The notes under the pieces: generated by a model
Database searches by the model: none
What the model saw: only the letters and a program-made list of their open reading frames with translations
Told to the model about the DNA's origin: nothing
Position numbers and translations under genes: made by a program
Origin: Eledone cirrhosa
Lineage: Eukaryota
Direction: 5' to 3'
Assembly (NCBI GenBank): GCA_964016885.1
Contig: OZ024762.1
Span: forward strand, 21,948,001-22,012,000
DNA length: 64,000 nt
Part shown: piece by piece, positions 1 to 13,253 of the stretch
How positions within the stretch are numbered: the first letter of the stretch is position 1
How the letters are laid out: each line of letters starts with the position of its first letter

Positions 1-84
1 AGAACAAGTAAAATTCAATCAATTCTTTAAAATACATTAAAAAATATAATATAAATATTTACCTCTCCTAATATATATATGTAT

Positions 85-558
<474 letters not shown>

Positions 559-928
559 ATATATATAAACATCCATACATACCCACATACATATACATAG
601 ACAGGAGTTCATAGATATCTAAAATTAAAACAAGTCACCAGTCTGTATGTATATATGTGAGTGTTTCTGTAACTAAAAATATCTATTCTTCATTCTTTGC
701 AGATGGAGAGGCGACATTCCACGACCAAGGAACTATCCCTGATTGAACTCACCTCCAAAGATTGACCAGTCCATGCGGTTATTTCTACACAACACACCTG
801 TATCTGGCTACACCACCAGGGATATAACCACATCACGATATATATTTATATATGTATAAATATATGTTTATACATATATGTTTATAAACGTTCCCACAGG
901 CAAGCACATATATACAGACATATATTTA

Positions 929-968
<40 letters not shown>

Positions 969-1150
969 CAAAGGTGGTGGGTTTTGTATCTTCTACTAAT
1001 CTATATTTTATCAGGTAAGATTTTTTTATAATATATAAAATATTTTGTCTGTGTTTTATAGAATGTTTGTTGCTGTTACTGCTGCTGTAATGACATGTTT
1101 AGTGACGTGTAAGTTCGATTTCGAGACCGAATATATATATATACTGACAG

Positions 1151-1201
<51 letters not shown>

Positions 1202-1239
1202 TAAATATATATATAAAGTAATAATAATAGTAATAATAT

Positions 1240-1456
1240 TAAATGCGAAGACTAAAATCGAAAGAGGGCTCGATAAGGATAAATATATATCAAATATATA
1301 AGAACCGTAGAGCAAATATTTATTAAAATAACAGATTAAAGTTTAAGCAAAGAATCGCTGCTTTTACCCTTAACGGGATCTTGTGAAACTCAGAAGATCC
1401 CGTTAAGGGTGAAAGCAGCGAACTTTTTCTTAAACTTTAACCTGTTATTTTGATAA

Positions 1457-1460
<4 letters not shown>
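1240..1460 (-). mobile_element. Fold-back element (inverted repeat 1316-1460 plus left tail) with a degenerate hammerhead-like core
   Basis: Arms aaaataacagattaaagtttaagc...cccttaacgggatctt and aagatcccgttaagggtgaaagcagcg...ctttaacctgttatttt. The right arm reads CAGAAGA-tccc-gttaa-gggt-GAAA. An internally deleted relative is at 56210-56275. Confidence 0.6.
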
Positions 1461-1523
<63 letters not shown>

Positions 1524-1526
<3 letters not shown>

Positions 1527-1628
1527 AGATTCAGGGCTCTGACGGCTGAATATGTTACCCATATTACCCACTCTACTATCCCAAGTATCGAGTACTCTGG
1601 TGGGTTATGGTTTTACCGCCGCACCCTA

Positions 1629-1635
<7 letters not shown>
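1524..1635 (+). mobile_element. Tail fragment of fold-back family D
   Basis: cccactctactatcccaagtatcgagtactctggtgggttatgg matches the tail at 15076-15125. It lies between (GT)n and (TA)n. Confidence 0.6.
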
Positions 1636-1680
<45 letters not shown>

Positions 1681-1682
1681 TA

Positions 1683-1848
1683 TTGAACGCCATGCTTTCT
1701 AGCATAGTTACGTCCCTTTACAGTCTGAGTTCAAATTCCACCGAGGTTAACTTTGCCTTTCATCCTTATGGGGTCGATAAAATAAAGTACCAGTAATGTA
1801 CTGGGTAATTGCTGGCCTTGTGCCAAAAAAGTAGAAACAATTATATTA
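1683..1848 (+). mobile_element. SINE family S2, 5'-truncated copy
   Basis: B box GAGTTCAAATTCC, core GCCTTTCATCCTTATGGGGTCGATAAAATAAAGTACCAG, 3' end GCTGGCCTTGTGCCAAAAAAGTAGAAAC with an ATT-type tail. Confidence 0.85.
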
Positions 1849-2497
1849 TATATATATATATATAATGTTTGTGTGTGTATGTGTGTGTGTGTGTGTGTGC
1901 CTGTGTGTGTGTGTGTCTGTGTATGCATATGTGTGCCTGTGTATGTGCATATATATTCTTTGTCTGTACAACTATATTTCTTTTTTATTTCTGCAATAAT
2001 TTATCTTTTGTTTCTCTTTTTTTTTTCTTTTCATCATCAAAAACCAAAACAACAACAACAACAAACAAACCATCCTCTGAATACCAATGCGTTTTTCCTC
2101 ATCATCACAATGATAATCATGATCAGCGTCAACATCATCAGCGGCTGTCCACCCAGTAAATAGTTAAAGATGACTATATATCTGGCGGTGTACCTTAATA
2201 GGTACACCAGGCTACCCAGCATCACAGATCCTTGGTCGATTCCATCTCTGCTTTCGTCAGCTTCTAATTCTTCTTCTATGACTTCTTGTTATCGTTCGTT
2301 ATCTTCTTCTTAATGCAGATGCTATTAATATATGTATCGTATCATTACAATATAATACTATATAATGCGATACGACTTCAGTATCATTGTTGATAACAAG
2401 ATATTACTCGGCAATATCAAATACATTACATATCACATACTCATACCACACCACACTACAATATAAGGGACATCGAATAACTACTTGGAGGAACATA

Positions 2498-2535
<38 letters not shown>

Positions 2536-2564
2536 TATACATATATATATACATATTATATACG

Positions 2565-2628
<64 letters not shown>

Positions 2629-2934
2629 AAATTTACAAAGACATCGCAAGACTACATTCCAATCCAGTCCTCTCTAATATTGGACAAATCGAATCCTTAT
2701 TAACCAATACTGGATTAACAAAATAATCGAACCTGGATTTACGTTGCTATGACACCCAAAGGAGTCAGCTTCAGCAATTAGTCTTTTTAAATTACATTCC
2801 AGACCTGTTTGTTTGTTTTTAATCAAGCGAGCAACGAGCGAGCAATTAGCGAGCAATCCGCGAGCAACGAGTGAGCAATCAGTGAGCAACGAGCGAGCAA
2901 TCAGGCACGCGAGAAGTGTTGGATTTGATACTAA

Positions 2935-3360
2935 AAACAACAACAACAACAGTAGCAACAACAGAGGCAACAGTAACGAGCACTACAACAACAACAACGA
3001 TTACAGTTATGCCAACATAACGCTTCAAGGATTAACAACACAAAGAACAACAACAACAACAACAATAATGAATGGCAGCAACAACAACAACAACAACAGT
3101 AATAATTATTTCAACGTTTGGCACAAGGCCAGCAATTATCTCAGTGTATTACTGGTACAGTAATAATAACAATAATAATTAGGAGTACAACGAAATTAAT
3201 TAACAAGTGAATTTATCATTAGCAACAACGAGGATAACAACAGCAAACTCAACAACAACAATAACAACAGCAAACTCAACAACAACAATAACAACAGCAA
3301 ACTCAACAACAACAATAACAACAGCAAAGACAACAACAACAATAACGACAACAACCAAAG
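2935..3360. repeat. (AAC)n-rich trinucleotide repeats
   Basis: Imperfect CAA/AAC runs, including a 30-bp unit aacagcaaactcaacaacaacaataac repeated 3 times at about 3236-3330. Confidence 0.9.
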
Positions 3361-3667
3361 CAACTGCTTTAACGACTTCGATTTTGACGCACCTGACAGC
3401 ATCATTACGTCATCATCAGCTCCATCCAACGTACCTGGATATCCATTGCTCTTACCCTTGTTTTCCCCCACTCCCCCTTTTCCTCCACCCAATTCAGGTG
3501 TCGCCGACAACACCTGTGTGCCGTGAGGGGGAATGTCTAACTGATCAACGTTGAGTAAAGGGAAGGGTTTCCATACACTACATCATCGGTCCCTAAACAT
3601 AAACAACTCCCGTCCCTAAACAAAACCCCGTGTTATCTTACTACTACCGTCATCACAAATACAAACA

Positions 3668-4205
3668 CCTACCACTACAACTACTACCGCTACTACCACC
3701 ACTACTACTACCACCACTACTACTACCACCACAACTACTACCACCACTACTACTACCACCACAACTACTACCACCACAACTACTACCACTACTACGAACA
3801 CTACCACTACCACCACAACTACTACCACTACTACGAACACTACCACTACCACCACAACCACTACCACTACTTCGAACACTACCACTTCCACCACTACAGA
3901 CACCACTACTACTACTACAAACACTACCACTACCACCACTACAGACACCACTACCACTACTACGAACACTACCACTTCCACCACTACCACTACTACGAAC
4001 ACTACCACTTCCACCACTACAGACACCACTACCACTACTACAAACACTACCACTACCACCACTACAGACACCACTACCATAACAGCTACTGCAGACACCA
4101 CTACCATAACCACTACAACTACCACTACTACCACAACAACTACTACTACCACTACCACCACAACGACTACAACTACTACTACCACTACCACCACAACCAC
4201 TATCA
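3668..4205. repeat. (TAC/CAC)n compound trinucleotide minisatellite
   Basis: ctaccactactacga/accaccacaa units. These produce the poly-Val and Leu/Pro-rich ORFs. Confidence 0.95.
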
Positions 4206-4304
4206 CTATTATTAACACGATAGTCACATCGTCCAACATAACAAAAAATCGAATTTAGACGTAAAGAATATATATATATTCACATATATATATATATATA
4301 TATA

Positions 4305-4470
4305 TTTTTATTTTTTTATTTTATAGAAGGAGCTTCTACAGGACTAGTACTGTTTCATTCAGATGAAATCTTCAGGAAGCATCTCTATAAAATAAAAAAA
4401 TTTTACTCTGCCATGTATTGAGTACCTTACTTACTGTGGTTATCCCCGACTCAACCCGGGACCTACGTAG
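4305..4470. mobile_element. Hammerhead fold-back element, family A (copy 1)
   Basis: Minus-strand 4332-4380 reads gcttc-CTGAAGA-tttcatctgaat-GAAA-cag-tactagtc-ctg-TA-gaagc. Outer inverted repeat tttttttattttatag / ctataaaataaaaaaa. The tail gtattgagtaccttacttactgtggttatccccg is shared with 15168-15240 and 56050-56110. Confidence 0.8.
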
Positions 4471-4563
4471 ATATAGATATAGATATATTCACATATATAT
4501 AGTCAAAATTTTCCATGTGAACACGTAATAATAATAAATACATCTGCATAGAAATACACACAC

Positions 4564-4652
<89 letters not shown>

Positions 4653-4809
4653 CATGTAGGTGTGTATTTATAAAGATATATATTTAAATATGTATGTATG
4701 GGTATTCTAGTAATACGTACATCTCTCTGTATAAACATACACGCATTTATATACGTATACATGTGTGTTTGTATGTAAATTTATACATATACAAACTGTC
4801 AACAAATAT

Positions 4810-4853
<44 letters not shown>

Positions 4854-4979
4854 ATATATATAAATATATGTATATATGAGCTGGTATAAATATACTTATA
4901 TAGTCTTGAATATATGCGTATATATACTTATCAATACAGAAACACAGAGTCGAATAACTGAGAATTTCGTGTAACAATC

Positions 4980-5021
<42 letters not shown>

Positions 5022-5297
5022 GAATGTATGTATATATGTATGTGTATATAAGTAAATATATACATACACATATATGTAGATGTATATATACATGTATTAT
5101 GTATACATTCGCTATGCGTATACATATATATAAACGCTTTAAACATACATAGTTGTATATAACAAATTATTTATTTCTTCATTTCGTTTTTATTTATTTT
5201 TTCTTCTAATCAGCCATTTTTCACTGGTTGATCTTTCATTTAAACACACACATTATATACACCCTATACGTGTATATATACGTGTATATATTCGTAT

Positions 5298-5391
<94 letters not shown>

Positions 5392-5502
5392 GTACGTTAT
5401 ATTTGAAATACGTTAATAAACGTGAACCCGAAAGTGAAAAAAAGACGATTGATTATTGCGTATTAACAATAAGTTGATCAAAGAGATCGAAGAGAGAACA
5501 AA

Positions 5503-6525
5503 ATGCCCCGACCAGGACGAAACAGTTACAGTGATCAGAAACCGCCTTATTCGTATATTGCGCTCACAGCCATGGCTATTCAAAGCTCCACAGAGAAAAT
5601 GCTGCCGTTGAGCGACATATACAAATTCATAATGGATAGATTCCCTTTCTATCGACAGAACACGCAGAGGTGGCAGAATTCTCTGCGACACAACCTCTCA
5701 TTTAATGATTGTTTCATTAAAATACCTCGCAGACCGGACAGGCCAGGTAAAGGCAGCTATTGGGCTCTGCATCCGCTTTGTGGGGATATGTTCGAGAATG
5801 GAAGTTTTCTGCGTCGCCGGAAACGTTTCAAGTTACACAAATCTGGTGGGTCATTTGTGTCAGAGTCATTAAAACAGGGCTTAGAGTCAGCCAGTTATCT
5901 CCAAGAACAACGGCTACGACTACAGTCGTATGCTACCCCAATTTCACATTTCCAGCCGTACAGCGGTTCGGGCAACTGTACACACAGCTATAAGCAACCG
6001 TTCACAATCGAGAACATTATAGCTCCTGAATTTAAAAGTACTGTCGTGCCCCAGCCATTGATACCGACTCCGCTGCCAGCGTTTGCTAGTCAATTTGCGG
6101 CCGGAATGTCTATGTCAGGGTTTGTAGCCCCCTACTCTACTTCTGATCTAGCTTCTTCGTTATCATCGTCATTAACATCGTCAGCATTGAGTTCAATAGC
6201 GCCGACGTTCGCGGCACACCTCAACGGCGATTTCCACCCTCACCAGCACGCCACACATGCCACACACCCCCATCATGTTCTGAAACCGTCAAACCACCAA
6301 CATCAAACATCGCCGGCAATACCGGTCCCTATAAAACCTTCACCGTTACCGCCCCTTACCCTGGGACATTCACCACACACGGGTGCCTTTGGGGCACTCG
6401 CCCCTGCAGGACATCTCACCATTCCCTCATCTCTAGCCCTCACAACAGCTGCGGCTGAACTATTATGTACGTCTTCGCCCATCTCCTCTTCGTCCTCTAA
6501 TACAGCTAGTAGCACATCAAGGTGA
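5503..6525 (+). CDS. FoxB: Forkhead box protein B (FoxB / fd96C-like), single coding exon, 340 aa
   Basis: The N-terminus [110 protein letters not shown] is the diagnostic FoxB-class forkhead domain. An eh1-like motif FTIENII lies at 6001-6021, followed by a Ser/Pro/His-rich tail and an intact TGA stop. Confidence 0.97.
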   Translation: MPRPGRNSYSDQKPPYSYIALTAMAIQSSTEKMLPLSDIYKFIMDRFPFYRQNTQRWQNSLRHNLSFNDCFIKIPRRPDRPGKGSYWALHPLCGDMFENGSFLRRRKRFKLHKSGGSFVSESLKQGLESASYLQEQRLRLQSYATPISHFQPYSGSGNCTHSYKQPFTIENIIAPEFKSTVVPQPLIPTPLPAFASQFAAGMSMSGFVAPYSTSDLASSLSSSLTSSALSSIAPTFAAHLNGDFHPHQHATHATHPHHVLKPSNHQHQTSPAIPVPIKPSPLPPLTLGHSPHTGAFGALAPAGHLTIPSSLALTTAAAELLCTSSPISSSSSNTASSTSR

Positions 6526-6554
6526 CCGTTCCAAATAACAAAAGATCGATAAAC

Positions 6555-6766
6555 AATAAATTTTAAAAAATAAACTAAACAAAAAATTTAAAACAAAACA
6601 ACAAAATATACATGCCAAAAAATAACAACAACAACAACAATATCAAAACAATAAACAATACAACCAAGGAAAGATAACTTATAATTGATTACCATTGTCC
6701 GAACTTGACCAAAGATTCAAGAGATAGACAGAGACAGAATATTGGATGGAATTTATGACAAATAAA
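6555..6766 (+). terminator. Candidate polyadenylation signals of FoxB
   Basis: AATAAA hexamers at about 6555, 6649 and 6761 downstream of the stop, followed by a GT/T-rich tract at about 6825-6855. Which one is used is unknown. Confidence 0.35.
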
Positions 6767-6885
6767 TAATAATAATAATGATAAAAAAGATATATAAATA
6801 TATATAATAAATGAATATTATAATTTTGTTGTTGTTTTTGTTGCTGTTCTTGTTGCTATTACACTGAATGTCTATTTTAATTCTT

Positions 6886-7615
6886 GGATTGGCAGTATCG
6901 GTAGAGGGTCGGACGCCATGCTTTCCAGCATAGTTACGTCCCTTTACGATCTGAGTTCAAATCCCGCCGAGGTTGACTTTGCCTTTCATCCTTACGGGGT
7001 CGATAAAATAAAAGTACCAGTAATGCACTGGGTAATTGCTGGCCTTGTGCCTAAAGTAGAAACAATTATCGTTATTAAATCAACTCTGAACTTTACATTC
7101 TGAGTTCAAATCCCGCCGAGGCTAACTTTGCCTTTAATCATCCTTAAGGGGTCGATGAAATATAGTACCAGTAATGTATTGGAGTTGATTTAATCGACTT
7201 TTCCCTTCCCACCGAAAATTGTTGACCTTGTGCCTAAATCCGAAACCATTATTATTATTAAAAGAACTCACAACTTTACGTTCTGAGTTCAAGTCCAATC
7301 GAGGTTAGCCTTGCCTTTCATCCACAGGGGATCGATAAAATTCAGTACCAGTAATGCACTGGGATCGATTTAATCAACTTTTCCCTCCCCTAAAATGTTG
7401 TTGGCTTTGTGCCATTATTATTAAGGCAGTATTGGTAGAAGGTCGGACGCCATGCTTTGCAGCAAAGAGTTATGGCCCTTTATGGTCTGAGTTCAAACTC
7501 CGCCGAGGTTAACTTTGCCTTTCATATTTAGGGTATGGGGTCCATAAAATAAAGTACCAGTAATGCACTGGGATAATTGCTGGCCTTGTGCCAAAAGTAG
7601 AAACAATTATTATTA
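6886..7615 (+). mobile_element. Head-to-tail cluster of about 4 SINE S2 copies
   Basis: Repeated GGCAGTATCGGTAGAGGGTCGGAC head, GAGTTCAAATCCCGCC B box, GCCTTTCATCCTTACGGGGTCGATAAAATAAAGTACCAG core, separated by (ATT)n. Confidence 0.9.
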
Positions 7616-8515
7616 AGTGTTGCCAGGCGCTCATGGTACTTTATAAGTTGGACAAAGTGATATACGGCCAGCAAACAACTCGTGCTTTCTATAGAGTGTC
7701 CTGGGAGCGGACCAAGGCGTTGACAAGATCAGTCTGAACAGACTCTTCTGGAGGACTTTCAGGTCGGAGATTATGGACAATTGGAAAGCTCCTTATTAAG
7801 TCAGTGCTGTAGAGGGCCCCTACTAGTTGGGGAACAAGTTCTAAAATCACGGAAGGGCCGACCTCTGGACACGACCGAGATGCACACAGGACGATGAAAC
7901 TGCCCTGCGTGCTATCACCCTGTGTCTCTGCATTGCAGACTCATGGATTTGTGTCGAACAATTACTATGACGTGTAGAATAGATCCGGCGATGGGCTGCG
8001 CCTATAGTGAAAATTGAACCACTTCTTTTTTAGAAGGGAGACGCAGCAACTCTTCCTCTGTCTGGTAGCTATGGTGAAGGAAACTCTAAAGATGACACGT
8101 ATAATAGGTTTGGGGACAGGAATTTTCTATTTTCTTCTCCAGGCAAGCACTCCTCAATTATTTCAATTACTACTTAAGAAGAAAGTGAGGGTAGATAGGG
8201 GTGTGCTGCCTTCTCGTGTGTTCTCTGGGTAATGGGTGAGAGTGGTAAAATTGACAGCTTAAATGAGACTACTCTATGATTTTCTAAATAGGAAGAGAAG
8301 AAATTTAGCCGAGAGTTGTTATTGTTTTGTATTGTTATTATGTCTATTTATTACAATTACTGTTACTGTCATACCTACTGTTTTTCATTTGGTGATGCCC
8401 TCTTTTCTTTTACTCGATATAAACACCAGTTTGTGTTGTTGTTTTTACCTTGTATCGGCCCTAGTGTTTAGGGCCAGTATGACCAATAAACCAATGAAAG
8501 AGATTCTTTTTATTT
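7616..8515 (+). mobile_element. Degenerate 3' end of an L1/Tx1-like LINE
   Basis: Frameshifted fragments LNRLFWRTFRSEIMDNW, QDDETALRA, FLCLVAMVKE and LKKKVRVDRGVLPSRVFS resemble a Tx1-type ORF2 C-terminus. The 3' UTR ends gtttagggccagtatgaccaataaa, similar to the ends at 40630 and 47740 (minus strand). Confidence 0.6.
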
Positions 8516-8559
8516 CGGTAGTTTTATGGGAGTCTCTACTGTAAACCTTACGAATGGGC

Positions 8560-8915
8560 TGTACGTGTAGTTCAAAGGGCCAACCTTGTCACACACACAT
8601 TGTGTCACCTGCAGTTCAAAGGGCCAACCTTGTCACAGACACACTGTGTCACCTGTAGTTCAAATGGCCAGCTTTGTCACAGATACACCGTGTTACCTGT
8701 AACTCAAACGGCCAGCCTTGTCACACACTTTGTCATCTGTAATTCAAAGGGTCAGCTTTGTCACAGACACTGTGTTACATTGACTCTCCTTAGACACTAT
8801 GTTAAGTTGCACTTGTCTAAGAAATGCTAAATCATTTACATGTTAATTTCATGAGCAGGCTGTTCCATTTATCGAACAACTAAAACAGTCATCCTTGAAA
8901 TCGGAAGAGTCCATT
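8560..8915 (+). mobile_element. SINE-like 3' body with an internal tandem expansion (about 42 bp x 5)
   Basis: Unit tgtgtcacctgtagttcaaagggccaaccttgtcacagacac, followed by tgttaatttcatgagcaggctgttcc. Homologous to 9490-9625, 39385-39570 and 50720-50900 (-). Confidence 0.7.
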
Positions 8916-9059
8916 CTTCTCTTAGAGATTCTAAGTCATTCTTGAGTGGGAGGTTCTTTAGGTTGGTAATTATCCTTCTTTCCTTGGTGTTAAGCGACTA
9001 AGAGTACAAGTCCCCCTACCACATGGTTAAATCCCTAGCTATTGCTGGTACTTACTTTC

Positions 9060-9192
9060 AGCTGATTATACTGGAGCAACGTGGAATGAAATGCTTTGCT
9101 CATGAAGGCAAAACATAACTCTGTCCAGGAATCGAACTCACGACATTATGAGGGTAAGTTCAACACATTTTCCACTAGAGCACGTGCCTCCA
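9060..9192 (-). mobile_element. SINE S1-related 5' part
   Basis: ctggagcaacgtggaatgaaatgctttgctc...ccaggaatcgaactcacgac aligns with 185-262. Confidence 0.75.
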
Positions 9193-9204
9193 CATTATTA
9201 GAGA

Positions 9205-9297
9205 TTTGTCTTTCATCCTTACGGGGTCGATAAAATAAAGTACCAGTAATACACTGAGATAATTGCTGGCCTTGTGCCAAAAGTAGAAACAATTATT
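9205..9297 (+). mobile_element. SINE S2 3' fragment
   Basis: tttcatccttacggggtcgataaaataaagtaccag...gctggccttgtgccaaaagtagaaac. Confidence 0.85.
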
Positions 9298-9344
9298 AGA
9301 GAATAGTGTCAAATATTTTTAGGATACATGATGTGTTATTGTGA

Positions 9345-9625
9345 TGTGATAGCGTGAGACTTGGTGTTTACGGTGCTCGGCTAACAATTGTATGGTCTTA
9401 AGTTTAACTCCCGGCGGCGCGTTGGGTCCTTGAGCGCGCTCAAGTATTTCAAGCTGCTCCCGTCCACTCAGCTGGCAACGAAAATAAGGGGCACCTGTTA
9501 TTTAAAGGACCAGACTTGCCACATATTGTATCATGCCGAATCTCTGTGAGTATTACTTTTTCGATATGCAGGGGTCTGTGGAATGCTCAGCCACTTACAC
9601 TTTCATTTCAGGAGCAGTTTGTCCA
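9345..9625 (+). mobile_element. Old degenerate S1-type SINE
   Basis: Degenerate tRNA head, gtccttgagc core and ccactcagctgg, then the body shared with 8560-8915. Confidence 0.6.
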
Positions 9626-9729
9626 ACACACCCACCCACACACATACACACACATTTCTAAATTAATCAACAATTTGGAGATGTTTACTAATATAACCAA
9701 CTCTCTCTCTATTAAGCTGATGTTTAGAA

Positions 9730-9868
9730 CAGGTTATGTCCTTGATCAAGACACCTTATTTCACGTTGGTCCTTCTACCTGGAGGTGCGACCGATAGATA
9801 GTACTAGCAATTGGAAAGACCAACGGAAACATTGTTTCCTCGGTCCGATTTGACGAAAGTCGATCGAC
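9730..9868 (+). mobile_element. SINE S1 3' part
   Basis: Near-identical reverse complement of 89-236. Confidence 0.85.
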
Positions 9869-10147
9869 AAATTTTAGAACATAGGTTAACAAAGGTTCTT
9901 ATATAAAATATAGTGGAATGTTTTTATATAAATATAAACACAAACTCTTTCGTTACTATATTTCTGATGAGATGATTTTCAAATAATTTAGCAAATATTC
10001 TATATTTGGAGAGGTTTAATACAATTAACTTTCTCGTTTTATTAAGCTGGTGTCAATTTAAAAATATAGCGGGAGGATTTTAGATGAAAATTACGATAAA
10101 CAATGTCGTAGAACCTAGACCGGTTTCAGGCAGTTTCCTTTCAAAAG

Positions 10148-10400
10148 CTTTCTTCTTCTTATCCTACTTGGTTTTCTTCTTCTTCATCATCGTTTTCTCC
10201 TTCTTCGTTACCTTCTTCTTCTTCTTCTTCTTCTTCTTCTTCTTCTTCTTCTTCTTCTTCTTCTTCGTTTTCTTCTTCTTCTTCTTCTTCTTCTTCTTCT
10301 TCTTCTTCTTCTTCTTCTTCTTCTTCTACCCCTTTTCCTTGGTTTTCTTCTTCTTCATCATCGTTTTCTCCTTCTTCGTTTCCTTCTACTTCTTCTTCAA
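10148..10400. repeat. (TTC)n microsatellite
   Basis: Long TTC run flanked by a duplicated ccttggttttcttcttcttcatcatcgttttctcc segment. Confidence 0.95.
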
Positions 10401-10734
10401 CTTATCTCCACTCCTCCTTCCAAAAATGTGTAGCCTCCACCCAGAACTAGAGCGACGTCAACAACGACAACATCAACAAATACACTGACGAGTACTGAAG
10501 TAGTAAATCACGCCTACCAGCGGATTCTGTCGGAAGCAACCGTCTCCAATTGATCTGGCTGGATCCCTCACGTGTGACCAACAGAGCTAATGTGTTGTTA
10601 TGCTACCATCCCGGGTCTACTGCCTGCCAGAGACGTCACAATACTTGCTAAATTAGCTTGGTGACAGTCTCACTAAAAAGCTGCATGTCGTGTAGGTGTA
10701 AGAAGGTGACAATTAAAAAAAAAATAACAATAAT

Positions 10735-11850
10735 TATAAATAATTGTTTCTACTTTGGGCACAAGGCCAGCAATTAACCCAGTACATTACTGGTACTTTA
10801 TTTTATCGACCCCCCGTAAGAATGAAAGGCAAAGTTAATAATAATAATTGTTTCTACTTTAGGCACAAGGCCAGCAATTAATCCAGTACATTACTGGTAC
10901 TTTATTTTATCGACCCCCCGTAAGAATGAAAGGCAAAGTTAATAATAATAATTGTTTCTACTTTAGGCACAAGGCCAGCAATTAGCCAGTGCATTACTGG
11001 TACTTTATTTTATCGACCCCCCGTAAGAATGAAAGGCAAAGTTAATAATAATAATTGTTTCTACTTTAGGCACAAGGCCAGCAATTAGCCAGTGCATTAC
11101 TGGTACTTTATTTTATCGACCCTCGGCGGGATTTGAACTCAGATCGTAAAGGGACGTAATTACGCTGGAAAGCATGGCGTCCGACCCTCTACCGATACTG
11201 CCAATACCTGATTCAGACACAAGGTCAACTATTGGGGGGGGGGGGCAATTAAATCGACCCCAGTGCATTACTGGTACTTTGTTTATTGACCCTGTAAGGA
11301 CCAAAGGCAAAGCTTACATCGATGAGATTTGAAAGTAAAGAGACTTAACTCTATATATGTCACAAAGCATGTTCGACGCTCTTCTGACACTGCCAATAAT
11401 AATAATTGTGTTGAGTTTAGGCACAAGGCCAGCAATTTGAAGGGGGGGGGGGAAGTGGATTAAATCAACGCCTCAGTGCATTACTGGTTTATTATTTATC
11501 GACCCCGTAAAAATGAAAGGCTTGGGTAATCTCGGTGAGATTTGAACACAGAAAGTAAAGAGCCTTAACTATAAGTCGCAAAGCGTGTTGTTCGTTGCTC
11601 TACCGACACTGAACTGCCAATAATAATAATAATAATAATAATTGTTTTACTATAGGCACAAGGCCAGCAATTTTTTGTGGGGTAGGGAAAATCGATTAAA
11701 TCGACCCCAGTGCATTACTGGTGCTGTATTTATTGACCCTGTATGCATAAAAGGCAAAGCTAACCTCGGCGAGATTTGAACTCAGGGCGTAAAGAGCTGT
11801 AAATCTGTGTCGCAAACCAGCAAATTACCCAATTTATTACTGGTACTTGA
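10735..11850 (-). mobile_element. SINE S2 cluster on the minus strand, including a 104-bp tandem repeat of the 3' half (about 3.7 copies, 10735-11120)
   Basis: Repeated ttgtttctactttaggcacaaggccagcaatt...ctggtactttattttatcgacc, then fuller copies with gatttgaactcag B boxes. Confidence 0.9.
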
Positions 11851-12140
11851 ACTGGGTAATTGCTGGCCTTGTGCCTAAAGTAGAAACAATTATTATTATT
11901 ATTGGCAGTATCGGTAGAGGGTCGGACGCCATTCTTTGACGCATAGAATTACGGCCCTTGCCATTCTGAGTTCAAATCCCGTCAAGGTTAACTTTGCCTT
12001 TCATCCTTACTAAGTCGATAAAATAAAGTACCAGTAATGCACTGGGTAATTGCTGGCCTTGTGCCAAAAGTAGAAACAATTATTATTGGCAGTATCGGTA
12101 GAGCGTAGGCAACATGGTTTGCGACACAGATTTACGGCTC
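11851..12140 (+). mobile_element. SINE S2 copies (+)
   Basis: Full copy at 11903-12085 plus flanking fragments. Confidence 0.9.
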
Positions 12141-12325
12141 TAATAATAATAATAATTGTTTCTACTTTAGGCACAAGGCCAGCAATTACCCCAGTGCATT
12201 ACTGGTACTTTATTTCATCGATCCCCGTAAGGATGAAAGGCAAAGTCAACCTCGGCGGGATTTGAACTCAGACGCAAAGGACCATAAGTCCTAAGCTGCA
12301 AAGCATGGCGTCTGACACTAATAAT
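12141..12325 (-). mobile_element. SINE S2 copy (-)
   Basis: Same core and B box in reverse orientation. Confidence 0.9.
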
Positions 12326-13044
12326 AATACAGTAAAATAAAAATAAGATATAAAACAAAACAGGCCATTGAGTGAAATTTCTCGCTGACTCTTTTCTAGA
12401 TATATTCCCATGGCGGTTTAAATTTTCCCTCGGTGGTTTTACATTTATTCAATTAATTAAATAATACAAAAGAAGCTAATTAAAAAAACATTATTACTTT
12501 TAATTAGTTATTCTAGGTGGCAAACTGGCAGAGAACGTTAGAGCGTAGGACAAAAGGCAACGCGGTAATTTGTTGTTTTTTTTCCAATATGTTTCGCTCG
12601 GGGGTTCAAATACGAGTCAAACGTAACCTTATCTCTGTATTCATTGGGGTGCTAAGGAGAAGGAAGGGGGTCAATAAATTATGGTAGCAGTTCCTGGTGA
12701 TGGATGGGCGTAATCGTTAGAGGGTCGGTCGGATGAGGTGCCTAGCGGTATTTGTTACCTATTTGTGTACTGCAATCCTTAATCCATCACCCTGTCTAAT
12801 ACGAATCCACTCGCAGCTCTTGGCTGCTTTCAGTAATGTCTCCTATGTTGCAAGAATTTGGACGAGATCTCTGGCTTGAGGACACCTTATCCCACACCCC
12901 CTAGCCCCACCCTACCCACTATTCTCTCTTTGGCCCTGAAAGAGGATCTTTCCCTCGCTTACAGTAGAAAACAATGCCTTCTACATTAAATATCTACTGT
13001 CACAAACCACAAATTGTAGCCATTATTCAATGGCATTTGAGCAG

Positions 13045-13253
13045 TGGATTGGCAGCATCGGTAGAGCGTCGGACATCCTGCTTCGTGGCATAGATCTACG
13101 GCCCTTTACGTTCTGAGTTTCCCACTGAGGTAAGCTTTGCTTTTCATCCTCACGCGGGTCGATAAAATAAAGACCAGTCACGCACTGGGGTCGATTTAAT
13201 CGACTTTGCCCTCTCCTAAAATTGCTGGCCTTGTGCCTAAATCAGAAACCAAT
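13045..13253 (+). mobile_element. SINE S2 copy (long form)
   Basis: gtggattggcagcatcggtagagcgtcggac...gtcgataaaataaagaccag...gctggccttgtgcctaaatcagaaacc. Confidence 0.9.

Noticed and set aside
6918-7103. Recurrent small ORF MLSSIVTSLYDLSSNPAEVDFAFHPYGVDKIK as a multigene family
   Set aside because: It is the translation of SINE S2, and the frame and stops differ among copies.
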